Assembly (NCBI GenBank): GCA_030141605.1
Contig: JAQGDQ010000210.1
Coordinates: 1-64,000 of the forward strand
From: Tubiluchus corallicola
Lineage: Eukaryota > Animalia > Priapulida
Direction: 5' to 3'
DNA: 64,000 bases
Positions 43,096 through 64,000 of the stretch are shown here, piece after piece. The notes under the pieces were generated by a model. It did not search any database. It saw nothing but the letters and a program-made list of their open reading frames with translations, and was not told the DNA's origin. A program made the translations under genes and the position numbers. The number at the start of each line of letters is the position of its first letter. The stretch's first letter is position 1.

Positions 43096-44824
43096 TCAGT
43101 TTGCATGTTCGGTCCCTCAGCGTTTAAAAATTAGCGATGTTTTGAGCCAAATGATGTAATTATGCTGGAAAAATTAATGTAGTAAACAATCACGCTAACA
43201 CATTTCAACATTCTGAATGATCGCTTCATGAGGAAATAATTTCGTATGAGCTCTAGTAGAATCTAATCTTATTCAGCATTCTTACACTAGCACTGCTCAT
43301 CCTAGTTCAAGTTGAACATCTTGAACAAATACAAGATATTTAACTTCCGAATAGAGTGGTATCCTGCAATATGATAGATTTCAATTTTACCTTGATTATT
43401 TATTTATTTATTCTGTCTGTAGGACCATTTCAATTTCACAAAAATGCAGTTCATAAAATATTTATAGTAATTAAAAGCGAGCTATAAAACAATAAGAAGA
43501 CGTTACAATTAAGAAAATATAATAAAATGTTAGTTTAAAATACACATAGATGGTGAAAACCTGTTCTAATACGTCCTAATCACAGACAATATCCAAGTAT
43601 CTGTAATGCAATGTATATAATATATATAGAATAGCCCACATAAAATGTGTTGTATGTACATTGTACAAGTACATGTACAACTATAAAACACTAAATTCCT
43701 ATAGCATAAGCCAATACATTACGTTAATGAAAACCTATTTGGAAGCCATTGAAACTTGAAAGGGATTGTAGTGTACGCTGTACGTTACGCACGTTTAATT
43801 TCATTTTATGGGGTGATTAGGGGATAAAAAATGACCCGTTGCTATGGTAATAGAAACGCTAGCTGTTATAGGCCTTTAATTTACCTTTCATTCGCTGAGT
43901 ATAGCTAATAGGCTCTGCACTGTTTTGAACTTTACTTTTTAAGTTATACAGGAATAATCGACTTAAACTCAACTAGCAACTTAATGTTTCTAAGTTTTTA
44001 TCATGTGGCCCTTACACTATTGTGTTGTAATAATATTAAGCTTTGCAGTAAACTACGTTAGACAACGCGAATATTAGTTACGGCTAATGATGAGAGTGGA
44101 TATAGTGCTTTTAGGCAATATTTTTTCCTTACCAGTTCTGCCAAGATCGCAATCGTTAACTTTACTGTCAAACATTTGAATGAGAGTTTGAGTTTGAGTG
44201 GGATCAATATTGCTTCACGGTTTTTAGCTTTCTATCTTGAGAATTTCATAACGTCCTTTCGTAACTTTTGAAGGTTATTGTCTCCTCAGCGTCCATGTTT
44301 TTCTTTTGTATGTATATATTTATAATTACGTGAGTGCCCCTTATTGGCAGCTGTTGGGTTAGAGTGTCCATCCATCAACTTTGACAAGTTTCAATCAATT
44401 TTTAACCACAATAATTCCAAATTCTAGCTTTGACGTAGTAACTAAAATTCTCCGTGTGTATATTTAACTAAGATACATTATAATGTATTAGCGATTGTAC
44501 ACTGTAATTTTCTACTACAGTTAATTACTGATGATCGTACGTGCACTATCTTAGTTGAACTAATGTAATTGCGAATATAAATTCGTACATCGAATAGAGT
44601 GTGACATCCCGAGATATATGATTTTCGTAATTGTTAACTAAAATTATATTAGTGTATAAACGTAATTCAATTCATTAAATTCACAAAATAATATAATTAT
44701 TATAAATATAGATTGATTAGTTTTCTTTCTTTCTGTGTGTGGAATAATTAGCGGGCAAACAAATTAAACAACGAGCATACATTTTTTTAAATTATAGATT
44801 TTAACTCTTGGTGACATAAATCGC

Positions 44825-62016
<17,192 letters not shown>

Positions 62017-63421
62017 TAGTGAAAATAATTAGATTATTTTACTGAACTGATTAGCCTTTGCAACAGTTTTCCTAGGTTTACCAAGAGTAAATAAATATTT
62101 TCGATAATCACTGGTTTACAGCATGTCAGAGAACAATCTTTCTTCCAAATAATTTTCAGTTAGGCAGTTCATGCAGTCATCAAGTTGTGTTGTGCTCATA
62201 AGCGAGAGCGGCACATAAGCAAGGGCCATAAGTCCATGGACGCAAAAGGGATGACCATATAGGCGAATCCCTCGGTTATAACTGAACATAGGCGCCAGTA
62301 GTGACACGATTGTTATAGAAACTTGCATTTTTAATGCTGACTCGTACATGTGCCATGATTATGTGTAATCTTGATTTGTATCTACCTTACTTTGCTCATG
62401 CTTCCTTTGAATTGTATGAAATGCCAAAAATATTTACCGCAAACAATATGACAGTTGTAAAATGCATTTCAAATTCAAGATTCAATCACATCTCTGTATA
62501 GTGGTGATTGGCAGGTTAGTCCATCGGTCATGTGCCAATAATTTTCACTTTCCGTCCACATGAGTAGGTCTAACTCGGAATGTAAAATCAGTTTTAATTT
62601 CTGTCTCGTATAGTAGTTCATTTTAACAATTCAGCAACAATATTTTGCTCTGGATGTGCTCCGCACTAATGCACGTGGATTATGTTAAAGGTGCCATTTT
62701 TAGCAAACATAACTTGTTACATTCTAACATTTTGTAAATTCTGTACAATAATTAAAATCGTTGTTATTTTGTACAATATGTAAATTACTGTATAAAGCGT
62801 TATTATGGCATGTATAATTTTTTTCTAAAGAAAGTTTTCGCGCGCTTGAAATGGTGCCCCAGCAAGGCGTCTACAGGACAGAACAGCCGTCAATAAATCT
62901 TTGTGATAGATAGACTTATAATAAAAACTACTAGTTATGATTACATTCAGTATTTTGAATTATTGTTTGTTTTCACATTTATTTTAAATGTGTGACATCG
63001 TCACTGCTATAAATGTTGTCTTAGTTGGTACACTACACAAATCAAAGACCTTTTTCGGATTAAAAGACCATCTGGTACGTAAGTTCAACGCCATTAGAAT
63101 TGTGTCAACCAGCAACTTCTAATACATGCAATGCAATTAGCCTTTTGGTTTCTACAACAATGCTGTAATTGATTAATTAACCTGTGTGAATTGTAAAAGG
63201 ACTTGATATTGATCTTTTGCCAAATATTTCAGCTTACACAGCCTGGTTTATTGAGCATTTTCTCTAACCATTTGTCTCTTTGGAATAAAACGAAAATTAA
63301 TTGAAAACAGCATACGGAATCATGGTGTTTATTCATTAAAATTCAAAATTGTTCTTTCAACAGCCTACAGCCTTTGTTTGAAGTAAAACCGAAGAAAATC
63401 CACTGTAATATAGGGCTATAG

Positions 63422-63921
63422 CAGGGGTGTGCAAATTGTCAGACTAGCCGGGCCACATTAAACTTTCCCGCAATTCCTGCGGGCCACAGGCAGTTTGATC
63501 AAGGAGCCAAGTACAGAAAGGCCTAATAACGATTTTTTTGCATCCGACCTGCGTACATCATTACTACTGCACTCATGAAACTATTTTAGAAGTTATTAAA
63601 ATTTATATTACAAACCATATATTTCTACTTTCAGGACAGCTAGTGGTGATTTCATTACAATGGATATTAGTAATGTGTATCATACAGTCTGTATAGTACA
63701 GTGACATTAAGCTACAACCGTCTTGTAAGGGTTAATGGCATCCGATCTAGTAGAAAAAACTACCCGCAATATCTTTGGGATTGTGGCATGGACTTCAGCT
63801 GGATACACTCACTTAATCGCCCGGGCCGCACTTTCATTAGGTTGACAAATCTCTTCGCGGGCCGCACAAATTCTCTCGGCGGGCCGCAAGTGGCCCGCGG
63901 GCCGCAATTTGCACACCCCTG
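63422..63921. mobile_element. hAT (Charlie-like) MITE, 500 bp
   Basis: Perfect 17-bp TIR CAGGGGTGTGCAAATTG; perfect 8-bp TSD GGCTATAG; GCGGGCC subterminal motifs. Confidence 0.95.
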
Positions 63922-64000
63922 GGCTATAGGAAAGCCACTAAAAGTGGTTAAAGCAAAGGAAATCCCTCCACTGACATAAAGCTTAAAAAATTCGTTTTGA

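Overview
AT-rich, intron-rich genomic DNA from an invertebrate animal; the taxon cannot be fixed from the sequence. Three complete protein-coding genes were reconstructed by hand from GT-AG boundaries and exon phases: a GULP1/ced-6 engulfment adaptor (+, 12 coding exons, 4781-22759, 399 aa), RNF32 (-, 6 coding exons, 37106-27643, 392 aa) and the AMPK-related kinase NIM1K (+, 5 coding exons, 44825-62016, 470 aa). A fourth, unidentified multi-exon gene or pseudogene runs off the left edge on the minus strand and carries an in-frame TAG. Introns and intergenic DNA are full of mobile-element relics: a 5S-rRNA-headed SINE inside a (TAC)n microsatellite, two Penelope-like remnants with minimal hammerhead ribozyme motifs, Harbinger/hAT/Tc-mariner/Kolobok-like MITEs, CR1/L2/RTE LINE fragments, and a 35-bp element that looks like a P-type excision footprint. 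Family names rest on recalled motifs, not database searches. No prokaryotic system or CRISPR array is present, and I found no clearly new multi-gene system; the best leads are listed as findings.
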